Source of the DNA: Patescibacteria group bacterium
GTDB lineage: Bacteria; Patescibacteriota; Minisyncoccia; Phycocordibacterales; EsbW-18
Assembly (NCBI GenBank): GCA_038064475.1
Contig: JBBTTA010000007.1
Coordinates: 1-63,149 of the forward strand
Direction: 5' to 3'
Length of the DNA stretch: 63,149 bases
In this document: positions 1-9,685 of the stretch, piece after piece
Position numbering within the stretch: position 1 is the stretch's first letter
Layout of the letters: each line of letters opens with the position of its first letter
Notes under the pieces: model-generated
The model's database searches: none
What the model was told of the DNA's origin: nothing
What the model saw: only the letters and a program-made list of their open reading frames with translations
Made by a program: the position numbers and the translations under genes

Positions 1-177
1 TAATGTGGACAAGACGTTCACATATTCCTATTGAAACGCACGGATAAAATCCTACTGGATTTTTCCTCGTACTCGCGCCGTCGCGCTCGCAAGTCGTTTC
101 AACAGGATAAGCTCACTCACACGTTTAATCCAAAAGGCAAAACCGTGCGTTTCACTACAGACATGCGAGAGACTTTG

Positions 178-250
178 TGGGCGCTAAGGGATTCGAACCC
201 CTGACCTTCTCTGTGTAAAAGAGTTGCTCTACCAACTGAGCTAAGCGCCC
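178..250 (-). tRNA. tRNA-Val (anticodon UAC)
   Basis: The reverse complement folds as a 73-nt cloverleaf with acceptor GGGCGCT/AGCGCCC, T-loop GGTTCGAATCC and anticodon loop TTTACAC. CCA is not encoded. Confidence 0.9.
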
Positions 251-316
251 GACACGAAAAGTATACTGGTATTTCACATTTGGGCAACACTTCACTTTTT
301 TCTGTACAATGGGGGT

Positions 317-1039
317 ATGAAGATTCCAATTCTCTACGAAGATGACAATTTTCTGGTGATTAATAAGCCAGCAGGCCTTATGGTGCATGAGGACGGGCGA
401 AGTGTTGAACCTACACTTGTGGAGTGGATTTTGGTGAATTATCCCGACATCGCAGACGTGGGGGAGCCAACATTTTTGCAAGACGGATCACAAATTGAAC
501 GTCCGGGTATTGTGCACAGAATCGATAAAGACACGTCAGGTGTGTTGATTATCGCAAAAACAATTGATGCGTTTGTTGATTTGAAATCACAGTTTGCAGA
601 ACGACAGATAGAAAAGCAGTACGCGGCATTTGTGTACGGCAATGTTAAAGAAAATTATGACGTTATTAATCGTCCCATAGGGAAGAGCAAGAAAGATCCG
701 CGCATGTGGTCAGCGCAGCGTGGCGCCCGTGGTCAGATGCGCGAGGCCATCACCGAGTATCGTGTTCGTGTGCGCGGTAAAGATGCTTCATATATTGAAG
801 TACGACCAAAAACAGGACGCACACATCAAATTCGTGTGCACATGAAAGCAATCAACCATCCTGTTGTGGGTGATGCATTGTATGCGCCAAAGATGGAACC
901 ACTTTTTGGTTTTAAGCGACACGCACTCCACGCAGAACAAATTACATTCAAAGATCTTTCGGGAACACCCATTACCGTGAAGGCACCATTTCCTCCCGAT
1001 TTTGTGAAAGCGGAGAAAGAAATCAAGAAACAAGGCTAA
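317..1039 (+). CDS. RluA-family pseudouridine synthase
   Basis: 240-aa ORF with catalytic motif HRIDKDTSGVLIIAKT and RTHQIRVH. No S4 domain. Confidence 0.9.
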   Translation: MKIPILYEDDNFLVINKPAGLMVHEDGRSVEPTLVEWILVNYPDIADVGEPTFLQDGSQIERPGIVHRIDKDTSGVLIIAKTIDAFVDLKSQFAERQIEKQYAAFVYGNVKENYDVINRPIGKSKKDPRMWSAQRGARGQMREAITEYRVRVRGKDASYIEVRPKTGRTHQIRVHMKAINHPVVGDALYAPKMEPLFGFKRHALHAEQITFKDLSGTPITVKAPFPPDFVKAEKEIKKQG

Positions 1040-1080
1040 TGCTTGCCCGTACGCCTTCTCCGTGCTAGAGTTTAGGCCTT

Positions 1081-1569
1081 ATGGCAGTGGCAAATATCAA
1101 AGTATCGCCAGTAAACATGGCAACTCGCAAGGCGCTCGACATGCGTTCGGGGGACCATGTTCGTGTCTGGATCAAGATTGAAGAAAAGGGAAAGACACGC
1201 CTCCAAGCTTTTGAAGGTACCGTACTTGCTCGAAAAGGAGGCACAACAGCCGGCGCAATGTTCACGGTTCGCCGTGTTGCTGGGGGTTACGGTGTTGAAA
1301 AGATCTTTCCACTCTACTCTCCATCAATCGATAAGATTGAAATTCTCCGTCGCGTAAAGACACGTCGTGCAAAGTTGTATCACATCCGCGATAAGGCAGC
1401 GAAAGAAATTCGTCGTCAGATGCGTAAGATGCAGACGGTGAACATTACTGCGGGCAACGAGCCAGTCGAAGTTGAAGAGGCTCCCGCCTTCGCCGAGGCT
1501 TCGGCGGGCAAGCCAGTTGAAGAAACTCCAATGAACGAGCCCGAAGTAGTAGTTGAAGAAATAAAATAA
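1081..1569 (+). CDS. rplS: 50S ribosomal protein L19 with acidic C-terminal tail
   Basis: GDHVRVWIKIEE..RLQAFEGTVLARKG..FTVRRV..GVEKIFPLYSP matches L19. Confidence 0.95.
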   Translation: MAVANIKVSPVNMATRKALDMRSGDHVRVWIKIEEKGKTRLQAFEGTVLARKGGTTAGAMFTVRRVAGGYGVEKIFPLYSPSIDKIEILRRVKTRRAKLYHIRDKAAKEIRRQMRKMQTVNITAGNEPVEVEEAPAFAEASAGKPVEETPMNEPEVVVEEIK

Positions 1570-1575
1570 AACGAA

Positions 1576-1620
1576 ACAGCCCAGCCCCAGTTTTACAAAA
1601 CTGGGGCTGGGCTGTTTTTT
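1576..1620 (+). terminator. Intrinsic terminator after rplS
   Basis: 15-bp stem ACAGCCCAGCCCCAG/CTGGGGCTGGGCTGT followed by TTTTTT. Confidence 0.85.
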
Positions 1621-1708
1621 GTAAGTATTGACTAAAAGGGTTCTCGAGAGCAGTATTTCCGGAGACGTAGTTTTCTATAAAGCCAACCACGAGAGAGGAG
1701 ACAGGGGT

Positions 1709-1945
1709 ATGAGCTACAGTGTTCCAGAAAGCTTGAAACCGGGGAAGACAGAGTATCTCTACGAGGATAGGGATACGCAAGCGGTTTGCTGGGTGGAAGA
1801 GAATCGAAGCAGTCCGGCGTACATCGCGTACAAGTTAGTTGCGATTCGCATCGACAAAGGGAGCCTCATCCCCGGGGGCCGTTTCGAAAGACGCATTCTT
1901 CGCGAGTATCGAGACAACTCTGTTTGGGGTCTCCGGATCGCGTGA
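1709..1945 (+). CDS. Hypothetical 78-aa protein (SD-led cassette)
   Basis: An internal ATG of track ORF 1628..1945 is preceded by GAGAGGAGA. Third codon positions are G/C-rich and the ORF has its own terminator. No family recognised. Confidence 0.6.
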   Translation: MSYSVPESLKPGKTEYLYEDRDTQAVCWVEENRSSPAYIAYKLVAIRIDKGSLIPGGRFERRILREYRDNSVWGLRIA

Positions 1946-1961
1946 TTTTCACGAAAACTCC

Positions 1962-1998
1962 GCGCCCGGCTGCAGTATGCAGCCGGGCGCTTTCTCTT
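1962..1998 (+). terminator. Intrinsic terminator
   Basis: GCGCCCGGCTGCA..TGCAGCCGGGCGC followed by TTTCTCTTT. Confidence 0.8.
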
Positions 1999-2008
1999 TA
2001 TCTATCTG

Positions 2009-2092
2009 TGCGCAGGAGAGGACTCGAACCTCCAAGCCCTTGCGGGCGTTACCACCTCAAGGTAATGCGTCTACCAATTTCGCCACCTGCGC
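2009..2092 (-). tRNA. tRNA-Leu (anticodon GAG)
   Basis: 84-nt cloverleaf on the reverse strand with a long variable arm, anticodon loop TTGAGGT and T-loop GGTTCGAGTCC. Confidence 0.9.
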
Positions 2093-2216
2093 GTGCGGGC
2101 AGTATAAACTAAAGTAGTAGTGTAGAAAAGGGAGCATAGAAAATGAGGAGGACTCCATTTGCTATAGTGAAGTATCTATTTGTAACCGACACGAGTGCAC
2201 GTGTCATTCATGGGTC

Positions 2217-2963
2217 ATGAAAACATCAACGCTTATTATCATACTTATTATTGGACTTGCGCTTTTAGGCGGTATGTATTTTTTCTTTCCACCAAACACG
2301 TCGGTAGAGGGAGACGAGATAACGACGTTTGAAGAATGTGCGGCGAAGTATCCAGTCATGGAATCGTATCCAGAACAGTGTAGAACACCTGACGGAAAAC
2401 ATTTCACGAGGGACATTGGCAATGAACTCGAGAAAATGAATCTCATTCGCATCAACACACCTCGTCCCGGAGAAACAATTGAAAGTCCGCTTACGATTAC
2501 AGGGGAGGCACGTGGCTACTGGTTTTTTGAAGCAAGTTTTCCCGTTGTACTTTTGAATGCGAACGGTCAAGAAATCGCGACAGGTATTGCACAAGCGCAG
2601 GGTGAATGGATGACGGAAGATTTTGTTCCGTTCTCTACAACACTTACGTTTACGAACGACACTACGCAGAAAGGCACATTCCTTTTGAAAAAAGATAATC
2701 CATCAGGTCTTCCAGAAAATGAAGATAGGCTTGTTGTGCCTGTGATTATTCCTGTCACGGTTAGCGAACCTGTATCAGCGGATGGTTGTTATGTCGGTGG
2801 TTGTTCAAGTGAAGTGTGTTCAGAAGATCCAGGGGCAGTAAGTCCATGTATGTATCGTCCAGAGTATGGTTGTTACCAAAATGCGGTATGTGAACGTCAA
2901 TCGACGGGCGCATGCGGTTGGACGCAGACGAATGAATTAGTACAGTGTCTCGCGGTGATGTAA
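2217..2963 (+). CDS. Secreted protein with Gmad2-like Ig domain and C-terminal 8-Cys cluster
   Basis: N-terminal TM/signal segment. INTPRPGETIESPLTITGEARGYWFFEASFPVVLL resembles Gmad2. C-terminal Cys cluster CYVGGCSSEVCSED..CGWTQ. Confidence 0.75.
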   Translation: MKTSTLIIILIIGLALLGGMYFFFPPNTSVEGDEITTFEECAAKYPVMESYPEQCRTPDGKHFTRDIGNELEKMNLIRINTPRPGETIESPLTITGEARGYWFFEASFPVVLLNANGQEIATGIAQAQGEWMTEDFVPFSTTLTFTNDTTQKGTFLLKKDNPSGLPENEDRLVVPVIIPVTVSEPVSADGCYVGGCSSEVCSEDPGAVSPCMYRPEYGCYQNAVCERQSTGACGWTQTNELVQCLAVM

Positions 2964-2968
2964 TTGTC

Positions 2969-4051
2969 ATGCGCGATACGCTTAAAAACCTTAAGCCGTT
3001 CTTTGATAAATACGAGCGTTCTATTTCTGCTGCGGCGCTCTTTATTGGATTTGTCATCGACTCTCTAACGCTTCGTCGGATCGATCTCCTTTTTGAAAAT
3101 ACGATTCTTATTACATATTTGTTGGTTGCGGGACTGTGTATTATTCTCCTCAACCTTCGAGACAAAGACATTTGGAAGCATCCGTGGTTTGCGTGGGTGA
3201 TGACGGTGGTGCCGTTCGTGATGCAAATCGCATTTGGTGCGCTCTTCAGCGGCTTTGCGGTATTTTATTTTCGTAGTGCGTCACTTTCTGCAAGTTGGCT
3301 CTTCATGCTTTTCATTTTCGGCATGCTTGTGGGAAACGAAATATTTCGTCCGTACTACGAACGTCTCGTCTTTCACATCGGCGTGTATTTTTTCGCAATT
3401 CTTTCATACTGTGTTTTTGCTGTGCCGATTGTATTGCACACGATGAACACATACGTCTTCATCGCAAGTATTCTTGCGAGTCTTCTCGTGGTCTCTGGCT
3501 TCATTTTTACGCTCTCATTCTTTATACGAAAAGCCGTAGAACATTCCCTTCCACGTATTGCGCAGTGCATCACAGCAATTGCCGCAATTGTATTGTTCGC
3601 ATATCTCACGAACATTATTCCTCCCGTACCGTTGTCGCTCAAGGAATCGGTTATTGCGCACAATGCGGTGCGCGCGGGGGATACCTACTCAATGTCAGTT
3701 GAGCACCGATCGCTCTTTGATTCTTTTTCTCCAGTGAAAACATATCACCGTCTCCCTGTTGAGCCAGTGTACGTGTGGGTGTCGGTGTTTGCACCAACAA
3801 ATCTCTCAACCGCAATCGTGCATGAGTGGCAACAGAAACAAAACGGTTCGTGGGTGACGATGAATCGTGTCGCTTTTCCAATTCGTGGCGGGCGTGACGC
3901 AGGATTTCGCGGATACTCGGTAAAAAATAATATTACGGAAGGAGAATGGCGCGTATCGGTTGAAACAGAGCGTGGGCAAGTGATTGGTCGTGTGCGGTTT
4001 AATGTTGTTGATGTGTCGGTGCGGCCCGAGCTTGTTTCAATCGTGCGGTAA
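2969..4051 (+). CDS. Multi-pass membrane protein with DUF2914-like C-terminal domain
   Basis: Hydrophobic N-terminal half. C-terminal WVSVFAP..HEWQ..GGRDAGFRGYS..GEWRV. Start set at the ATG just after the upstream stop; the track ORF starts at 2945. Confidence 0.7.
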   Translation: MRDTLKNLKPFFDKYERSISAAALFIGFVIDSLTLRRIDLLFENTILITYLLVAGLCIILLNLRDKDIWKHPWFAWVMTVVPFVMQIAFGALFSGFAVFYFRSASLSASWLFMLFIFGMLVGNEIFRPYYERLVFHIGVYFFAILSYCVFAVPIVLHTMNTYVFIASILASLLVVSGFIFTLSFFIRKAVEHSLPRIAQCITAIAAIVLFAYLTNIIPPVPLSLKESVIAHNAVRAGDTYSMSVEHRSLFDSFSPVKTYHRLPVEPVYVWVSVFAPTNLSTAIVHEWQQKQNGSWVTMNRVAFPIRGGRDAGFRGYSVKNNITEGEWRVSVETERGQVIGRVRFNVVDVSVRPELVSIVR

Positions 4052-4205
4052 AGGTTCCTCGGAACAAGCCCAAGATAGTGAACCTATATTGGCTCCTCGG
4101 CTCGGAAAAGAAAATGTAGCCACTTTCTTTTCACTCGCTCCACGTCGCCAATAGCCCTCCTTCGCAGAAGCACACATTTCTGTTACAGTGTCAGTGTTTT
4201 TATAT

Positions 4206-4281
4206 GGTGCCTATGGTGTAACGGTTAACACTGGAGCTTGTGGAGCTCTCAATTCGGGTTCAATTCCCGATAGGCACCCCA
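4206..4281 (+). tRNA. tRNA-His (anticodon GUG) with encoded G-1 and CCA
   Basis: GGTGCCTA..TAGGCACC-CCA with anticodon loop TTGTGGA and T-loop GGTTCAATTCC. It is the only tRNA in the window that encodes CCA. Confidence 0.9.
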
Positions 4282-4332
4282 ATGAGAGGTAGGTTCTAGT
4301 ACACGATGGGAGTATTTTGGTATAGTGGAAAT

Positions 4333-4821
4333 ATGAAAAAAGTATTTCTTATTCTTCTCATACTCATAATTCTTGCAATTGCCTACTGGCTTGTCTCGCC
4401 ACTTTTTATCGATAAACGTGTTTCTGAAGAGTTTCCTTCCGCAGAGAAATACACAGCAACTTCTTCTAACCAAACCGCTCCCGTGACTCCAGAAATAGTT
4501 GCAACAGGAACATTCTCTGGTTTTGACAGAATACATTACGGATCAGGTGACGTACGTCTTATCAAAACAGAAATGGGATACGTCATTCGTTTTGAAGAGA
4601 ATTTTGAAGTTGCGAACGGCCCCGATCTTTTTGTTGGTTTAGGCAAAGATGGCGTGTACAAAGAAGAAGCTCAACTTGAACATCTCAAAGGAAATATCGG
4701 CTCACAAAATTACCTGATTCCTGAACACATTGATATTGATGCGTACAATGAGGTGTGGGTATGGTGTCGGGCATTTTCTGTACCGTTTGCAAAAGCATCC
4801 TTGCTCCCTTCAGGTTTCTAG
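4333..4821 (+). CDS. DM13-domain secreted protein
   Basis: Signal-like MKKVFLILLILIILA. GSGDVRLIK..GYVIRFEENFEVANGPDLFVGL..VWVWCRAFSVPF resembles the DM13 domain. Confidence 0.7.
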   Translation: MKKVFLILLILIILAIAYWLVSPLFIDKRVSEEFPSAEKYTATSSNQTAPVTPEIVATGTFSGFDRIHYGSGDVRLIKTEMGYVIRFEENFEVANGPDLFVGLGKDGVYKEEAQLEHLKGNIGSQNYLIPEHIDIDAYNEVWVWCRAFSVPFAKASLLPSGF

Positions 4822-4875
4822 AAGACTATATACGGGATATACTGTCAGTGGATTTACAAAACATAGTTTTTTCGT

Positions 4876-5466
4876 ATGCAAATGAACACAAAAGACTTTC
4901 AAAAGCAAAACGCAAATGTGCCGTATAACAGCGCAGGGGGCTTTTCGGGGAAGGTAGTTCCACCATCGGCGCCGACGCCTCCGGCAGCTCCCGTGACACC
5001 ATCACGACCGACTCCTCCAATGAAGAGCGGATCTTCTCAGCCAGAGGGCATGAATAAAAAAATGTTGTGGTGGGGGATTTTACTTATTGCAGTTGTCGTC
5101 GCAGGATTTTTCCTATTTGGTCGTTCTGCGTCCACTCCGGACAGCGTTGACACTGACGATGTTACTGATACTACTGATGATAGTGCTGATACCGCAGATA
5201 CTACTGACGACGATGCGGTAACAATTTCGCAGGGAATAACAGGCATTGTTGTGTCGCGCTCTGCCGATCTTTCCGCACATGCGAAGGTCATGGCGGGGGC
5301 AACAGTTCTCGAGGAGTTTGATGTGACGCTTGAATCGTATTCCGATGTTACGCCAGTTTTGACGTATATCGTGGACAAGTACGGAAAAGACGATTCAACG
5401 ATTACATATATGTCGATGCTTGACGTGATGACGTTTGTGGATGTCAGCCGTCCTGCGGGGCAGTAA
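4876..5466 (+). CDS. Hypothetical single-pass membrane protein (Pro-rich N-terminus, Thr/Asp-rich linker)
   Basis: 196-aa ORF with one TM segment (WWGILLIAVVVAGFFLF). Followed by a terminator. Confidence 0.55.
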   Translation: MQMNTKDFQKQNANVPYNSAGGFSGKVVPPSAPTPPAAPVTPSRPTPPMKSGSSQPEGMNKKMLWWGILLIAVVVAGFFLFGRSASTPDSVDTDDVTDTTDDSADTADTTDDDAVTISQGITGIVVSRSADLSAHAKVMAGATVLEEFDVTLESYSDVTPVLTYIVDKYGKDDSTITYMSMLDVMTFVDVSRPAGQ

Positions 5467-5485
5467 GAGCATATAGAACATATCC

Positions 5486-5514
5486 AAAAAAACCGGCTAT
5501 GGCCGGTTTTTTTG
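5486..5514 (+). terminator. Intrinsic terminator
   Basis: AAAAAAACCGGC-TAT-GGCCGGTTTTTTT. Confidence 0.85.
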
Positions 5515-5533
5515 TTGGAGGAGACGACGATGC

Positions 5534-5560
5534 TTGACATATACCCCGTGGGGGTATAAA
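5534..5560 (+). promoter_or_regulatory. Promoter with embedded CsoR-type operator
   Basis: TTGACA (5534-5539), the palindrome ATACCCCGTGGGGGTAT (5541-5557) and TATAAA (5555-5560) lie immediately upstream of csoR-copA. Confidence 0.7.
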
Positions 5561-5568
5561 CTCTCCAC

Positions 5569-5835
5569 ATGAATAAAAATATCCAAACAAGTGTTAATAA
5601 TCGTCTTAAGCGTATTGAAGGACAGGTGCGCGGCCTTCAAAAAATGATTGCGGAAGAGAAATATTGTATTGATGTTATTACGCAATCGTCAGCGATTCGA
5701 AATGCACTCGCTTCGGTTGAAGATTTGATGTTGCAGAATCATTTGACACAACACGTGGTGCATCAGATGAAACACGGCAAGGAGGACGTGGCAGCAAAAG
5801 AAATTCTTAAGGTATACAAACTTCAGCGCAAATAA
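5569..5835 (+). CDS. csoR: CsoR/RcnR-family metal-sensing repressor
   Basis: LKRIEGQVRGLQKMI..KYCIDVITQSSAIRNAL..HL matches the DUF156 fold, including the conserved Cys. Confidence 0.9.
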   Translation: MNKNIQTSVNNRLKRIEGQVRGLQKMIAEEKYCIDVITQSSAIRNALASVEDLMLQNHLTQHVVHQMKHGKEDVAAKEILKVYKLQRK

Positions 5836-5838
5836 TCT

Positions 5839-8139
5839 ATGAACACGCCACAAACATACACCGTGAAGGGAATGCACTGCGCCTCATGCGCGATTACGAT
5901 CGAAAAAACATTCAAAAAAACCGAAGGCGTACATTCGGCGGAAGTGAATTACGCTACGGAAACTGCAAAAGTGAGCTTTGATGAGACCAAGACAACACCA
6001 GAGAATCTTTCGAAGAAAATTGAGCCATTTGGATATTCTCTTTTGCTCGGAAACTCAACCGCAGAAGCAATGGGCATGTCAGAGAGCGAACATGCGGCAC
6101 ACCTTGGTCTCAATCAGTCAAAACAAGAAAAACTCGCCGAAATTGAGGGCATGAAACTAAAAGTGATGTCGGCAATCCCTTTGGCGGTTGTGAGCATTAT
6201 CGTTATGGCATGGGGTGTTTTGACGCAATTTGAGATTGTTGCACCTCCTAATGAAGTACTTGAAAAAACTTTCTCCTATCTGTTACCGCTGTTTGCGACG
6301 TACATGCTGTTGGTTGTGGGGAAGCCCTACCTTCTCGGTGTGTACCGCTTTTTACGCTATGGCAAGGCAAACATGGATACGCTCATTGGTATTGGTACGT
6401 CGGTCGCATATCTCTATAGTTTTGCATTGATTGTTTTTGAAGGGACGCTACGCGGGTATGTTGACGTTACGCAAAGTTATTTTGATGTGACCATCATCGT
6501 TATCGCATTTATCGCGCTTGGAAAATATCTTGAAGCACGATCAAAAATTAAAACAGGTGATGCCATCGAAAAACTTTTGAATCTACAGGCAAAAACGGCG
6601 CTCGTACTGCGTGATGGAGCAGAAAAGGAAGTTGCCATCAACGATGTTGTGCATGGGGACGTGGTTATCGTGAAGCCGGGGGGAAAGATTCCCGTTGACG
6701 GTGTCATTGTCGAAGGCATTTCCTTTATTGATGAATCGATGGTCACCGGTGAGCCGATGCCAGTACAAAAAAAGGAAGGAGACACCGTTGTAGCGGGAAC
6801 GATTAATACGAATAGCTCGTTTTCATTCCGCGCGACAAAGGTTGGTTCGGAAACACTTTTGGCGCATATCATTCGAATGGTTGAGGAAGCACAAGGAAGT
6901 CGTGCACCCATTCAAGCGTTGGCTGACAAGATATCGGGCGTGTTCGTTCCTGTGGTGCTTGTGATTGCGTTTCTAACACTCGGTCTCTGGCTTCTTATTG
7001 GTTCGCAGTATCTTGGATTTTCACAAGCATTGTCGTTTGGTCTCACATCGTTTGTCGGTATTCTTGTTATTGCATGTCCCTGCGCATTAGGGCTTGCAAC
7101 GCCGACGGCTATCATTGTCGGTGTTGGAAAAGGTGCACGCGAAGGCATTCTCATCAAAGATGCGGCAACACTGGAAAAACTACACAGCGTTGATACGCTC
7201 GTTGCCGACAAAACAGGCACAATCACGAAAGGAAAACCCGAGCTTGCAAGTGTCACGACATATTCAAACAAAGATGAGTCGCAGATTATTGCACTTCTTG
7301 CATCACTTGAAAACAAGTCGGAACATCCAATTGCACACGCCATCACTGAATACGCTCGTGTGAAGAATATTTCTCTTTCGCGTGTGGAAGATTTTGAAAA
7401 TATTAAAGGAAAGGGTGTGAAAGGTGTCATCGATGGCGTTGCGTACTTCGCAGGAAACACGAAACTCATCAAAGATCTCGGACTTACATTCGAAACAGGG
7501 ACACTTGAGGTTGAAACCTCAAAAGGAAAAACTCCCGTCATTCTCGCAACAAAAAGTGACGTCGTCGGTGTGGTGATGGTTGCGGACACAATCAAACCAG
7601 AAGCAATTGAAGCGGTAAAAAATCTTCACGCGCTCGGCATCAAAGTGGTAATGCTCACGGGAGACGATGTAAACACTGCGCGTGCCATCGCGGCAGAAGT
7701 AGGGATCGATGACGTTGTTGCGGAAGTTCTTCCAGAAGACAAGCTTACAAAGATTCGTGAACTTCAGGCGGCGGGACATGTGGTCGCAATGGCTGGGGAT
7801 GGCGTTAATGACGCACCTGCGCTTGCCGCCGCGGACGTCGGTATTGCGATGGGGACGGGAACTGATGTTGCGATTGAAACCGCAGGTATCACACTTCTTC
7901 ATGGTGACATCTCAAAATTGGTGAAGGCAATTCGTCTTTCGAAAGTGACGATGTGTGGCATCAAACAGAATCTTTTCTGGGCATTCATTTATAATATTGT
8001 TGGTATTCCGCTTGCGGCAGGGCTTTTCTATCCGATTTTCGGATGGCTCCTCTCACCAGTGTTTGCCGGTTTTGCGATGGCAATGTCGTCGGTGTCGGTT
8101 GTCGGCAATTCACTACGATTGAAGAGTAAAAAATTATAA
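5839..8139 (+). CDS. copA: Copper-translocating P1B-type ATPase
   Basis: N-terminal HMA motif GMHCASC, TM CPC motif, DKTGT, and GDGVNDAP. Confidence 0.95.
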   Translation: MNTPQTYTVKGMHCASCAITIEKTFKKTEGVHSAEVNYATETAKVSFDETKTTPENLSKKIEPFGYSLLLGNSTAEAMGMSESEHAAHLGLNQSKQEKLAEIEGMKLKVMSAIPLAVVSIIVMAWGVLTQFEIVAPPNEVLEKTFSYLLPLFATYMLLVVGKPYLLGVYRFLRYGKANMDTLIGIGTSVAYLYSFALIVFEGTLRGYVDVTQSYFDVTIIVIAFIALGKYLEARSKIKTGDAIEKLLNLQAKTALVLRDGAEKEVAINDVVHGDVVIVKPGGKIPVDGVIVEGISFIDESMVTGEPMPVQKKEGDTVVAGTINTNSSFSFRATKVGSETLLAHIIRMVEEAQGSRAPIQALADKISGVFVPVVLVIAFLTLGLWLLIGSQYLGFSQALSFGLTSFVGILVIACPCALGLATPTAIIVGVGKGAREGILIKDAATLEKLHSVDTLVADKTGTITKGKPELASVTTYSNKDESQIIALLASLENKSEHPIAHAITEYARVKNISLSRVEDFENIKGKGVKGVIDGVAYFAGNTKLIKDLGLTFETGTLEVETSKGKTPVILATKSDVVGVVMVADTIKPEAIEAVKNLHALGIKVVMLTGDDVNTARAIAAEVGIDDVVAEVLPEDKLTKIRELQAAGHVVAMAGDGVNDAPALAAADVGIAMGTGTDVAIETAGITLLHGDISKLVKAIRLSKVTMCGIKQNLFWAFIYNIVGIPLAAGLFYPIFGWLLSPVFAGFAMAMSSVSVVGNSLRLKSKKL

Positions 8140-8162
8140 AAATTTCTCGTAATAAAAAATAT

Positions 8163-8792
8163 ATGGACAACACAACAAACAAAATCTGGTTCATACTCGG
8201 TGGCATAGGGATTGGTTTTCTTTTTGCTTTCGTTTTTCTTTCCTCAACAAGATTGGGAGGGATGATGACGTGGAGAACGAGTGATAGCACACAGCCAGTC
8301 GGTCAGCAGGTGACGAATAGTGGCTCACTCGACCGCCACTTCATCGAACAAATGATTCCACATCATGAGGGAGCTGTCGCTATGGCAAATCTTGCACTTC
8401 AAAAGGCACAACACCCAGAGATTAAAACTTTAGCTGCCGCCATCATTGAAGCCCAAACAGCAGAAATTCAAAGTATGGGCGGTTGGTATCAGGATTGGTT
8501 TGGGAATGCTGTGCCGGAAGTGACCACGGGCATGATGGGTGGTGGCATGATGTCACAGAGTGGAATGCACATGGGAGGACAGGAAGACATAGCCGTGTTG
8601 AAAAACGCATCTGATTTCGATAAAGCATTTATCGAACAAATGATTCCGCATCACCAGCTAGCAATCATGATGGCGCAAATGCTTCAAGCGGGAACCAGTC
8701 GACCCGAAATGTTGGAGCTTGCGCAAAATATCATTACATCGCAGTCACAAGAGATACAGAACATGCAAGAGTGGTATCAGGCGTGGTATTAA
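8163..8792 (+). CDS. DUF305-family protein (two repeats)
   Basis: Duplicated FIEQMIPHH(E/Q)..A..MA motif, a Met/Gly-rich linker and an N-terminal TM segment. Confidence 0.8.
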   Translation: MDNTTNKIWFILGGIGIGFLFAFVFLSSTRLGGMMTWRTSDSTQPVGQQVTNSGSLDRHFIEQMIPHHEGAVAMANLALQKAQHPEIKTLAAAIIEAQTAEIQSMGGWYQDWFGNAVPEVTTGMMGGGMMSQSGMHMGGQEDIAVLKNASDFDKAFIEQMIPHHQLAIMMAQMLQAGTSRPEMLELAQNIITSQSQEIQNMQEWYQAWY

Positions 8793-8829
8793 AAATAGAG
8801 AAAAATATTTACTCATCAACACTATTTTT

Positions 8830-9096
8830 ATGGAAAAACTTTCTTTAAAATCATACGTTTGGAAATGCGTTCTCGGTGGCGAAGTCGCGTACGTGCTTTG
8901 TCTCATCGGTGGGTATATTCCGTGGCGATCGGAAGCGGTGACGGAGTTGCATCATCGACTCTTCGAGACCTTGCCAGGTTTTGTGTGGGGTAGTTTCGGG
9001 AGTTATATCCTCGGTGCGGTCTACGTGCTCGTATTCTCATTGATATTCGGCAGTTACATGGTGTGGATGCATAACTCAAGTCTGATTAGAGAATAA
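8830..9096 (+). CDS. Small membrane protein (88 aa)
   Basis: Internal ATG of track ORF 8719..9096. Two hydrophobic segments. Located in the copper locus. Confidence 0.5.
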   Translation: MEKLSLKSYVWKCVLGGEVAYVLCLIGGYIPWRSEAVTELHHRLFETLPGFVWGSFGSYILGAVYVLVFSLIFGSYMVWMHNSSLIRE

Positions 9097-9108
9097 TCAA
9101 GCAAATAT

Positions 9109-9258
9109 ATGTGTTGTTCCGGTACACACAACAAACACACAGAGCACAGTAATCAGAACGAACATCATGGGCACGATTCACGCACCATGTGGTGGATGAT
9201 GCTTCTCTGTTGTGGGCTTCCCATCCTTGTACTTATCGCATTGATGCTCTTCAAGTAA
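9109..9258 (+). CDS. 49-aa His/Cys-rich membrane-anchored peptide (absent from the ORF track)
   Basis: ATG..TAA encodes MCCSGTHNKHTEHSNQNEHHGHDSRTMWWMMLLCCGLPILVLIALMLFK. The head is rich in metal-ligand residues and the tail is one TM helix. It sits inside the copper locus. Confidence 0.55.
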   Translation: MCCSGTHNKHTEHSNQNEHHGHDSRTMWWMMLLCCGLPILVLIALMLFK

Positions 9259-9274
9259 AAATCTGTATACCTCC

Positions 9275-9685
9275 ATGAAATTTCCGTTCAAAAAAAACAT
9301 CACCGTACTCCTTCTTGCCTCTCTTCTTACCGTGGGGCTTTTCAGCTTTACGATGGCGTTGCACGGATCGAACGGGGAGATGGAGGGTGACTGCATATTC
9401 TCGACGATGGGGGCGAACCTCTGTCCCCAAGATGCTCTTACGAAACTTGCGCACCACCTCTCTGCCTACCATGAATTTTTTAATGTGCCCGTGACACCCT
9501 TTGTCATCGTTCTGATGTTCCTTGTGTTGGAACTCGTCATCCGGCTTCTTGTTTTTGTTTTTTCGCCACCGCTTCTGGAACCAAGCTACATTCAAATCCA
9601 TCGCCGCAATACCCCTCGTAGCTCATATAAAAAGAAAATAACGCACTGGTTGTCATTGTTTGAGAACAGCCCTGCATTTGTGTAA
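9275..9685 (+). CDS. Hypothetical membrane protein with Cys/His motifs
   Basis: 136-aa ORF with a signal-like N-terminus, GDCIF..LCPQD..HHLSAYHEFF and a C-terminal TM segment. Hairpins follow it. Confidence 0.55.
   Translation: MKFPFKKNITVLLLASLLTVGLFSFTMALHGSNGEMEGDCIFSTMGANLCPQDALTKLAHHLSAYHEFFNVPVTPFVIVLMFLVLELVIRLLVFVFSPPLLEPSYIQIHRRNTPRSSYKKKITHWLSLFENSPAFV

Noticed and set aside
117-481. Minus-strand ORFs 117-329 and 155-481. The same applies to 1786-2117, 4249-4536 and 54953-55204.
   Set aside because: Each overlaps a well-folded tRNA gene (Val, Leu, His, Ile) or its terminator hairpins. None has a coding signature.
1620-2000. Possible RNase P RNA. GAAGCAGTCCGG at about 1810 resembles the P4 motif GAGGAAAGUCCGG, and the region ends in a strong hairpin.
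   Set aside because: There is no matching 3' P4 strand (ACAGAAnnCGGCUUA-like) and none of the other universally conserved blocks. The segment reads as a clean SD-led ORF (1709-1945) with coding-like third-position bias.
6912-7595. 227-aa antisense ORF inside copA (and similar antisense ORFs at 6477-6911, 52289-53233, 17776-18231 and 41767-42099).
   Set aside because: Each lies entirely within and opposite a strongly supported conserved gene (copA, ftsH, pilB, the TraD-like gene). Their amino-acid composition is low-complexity Ser/Thr/Pro-rich and they have no start context.
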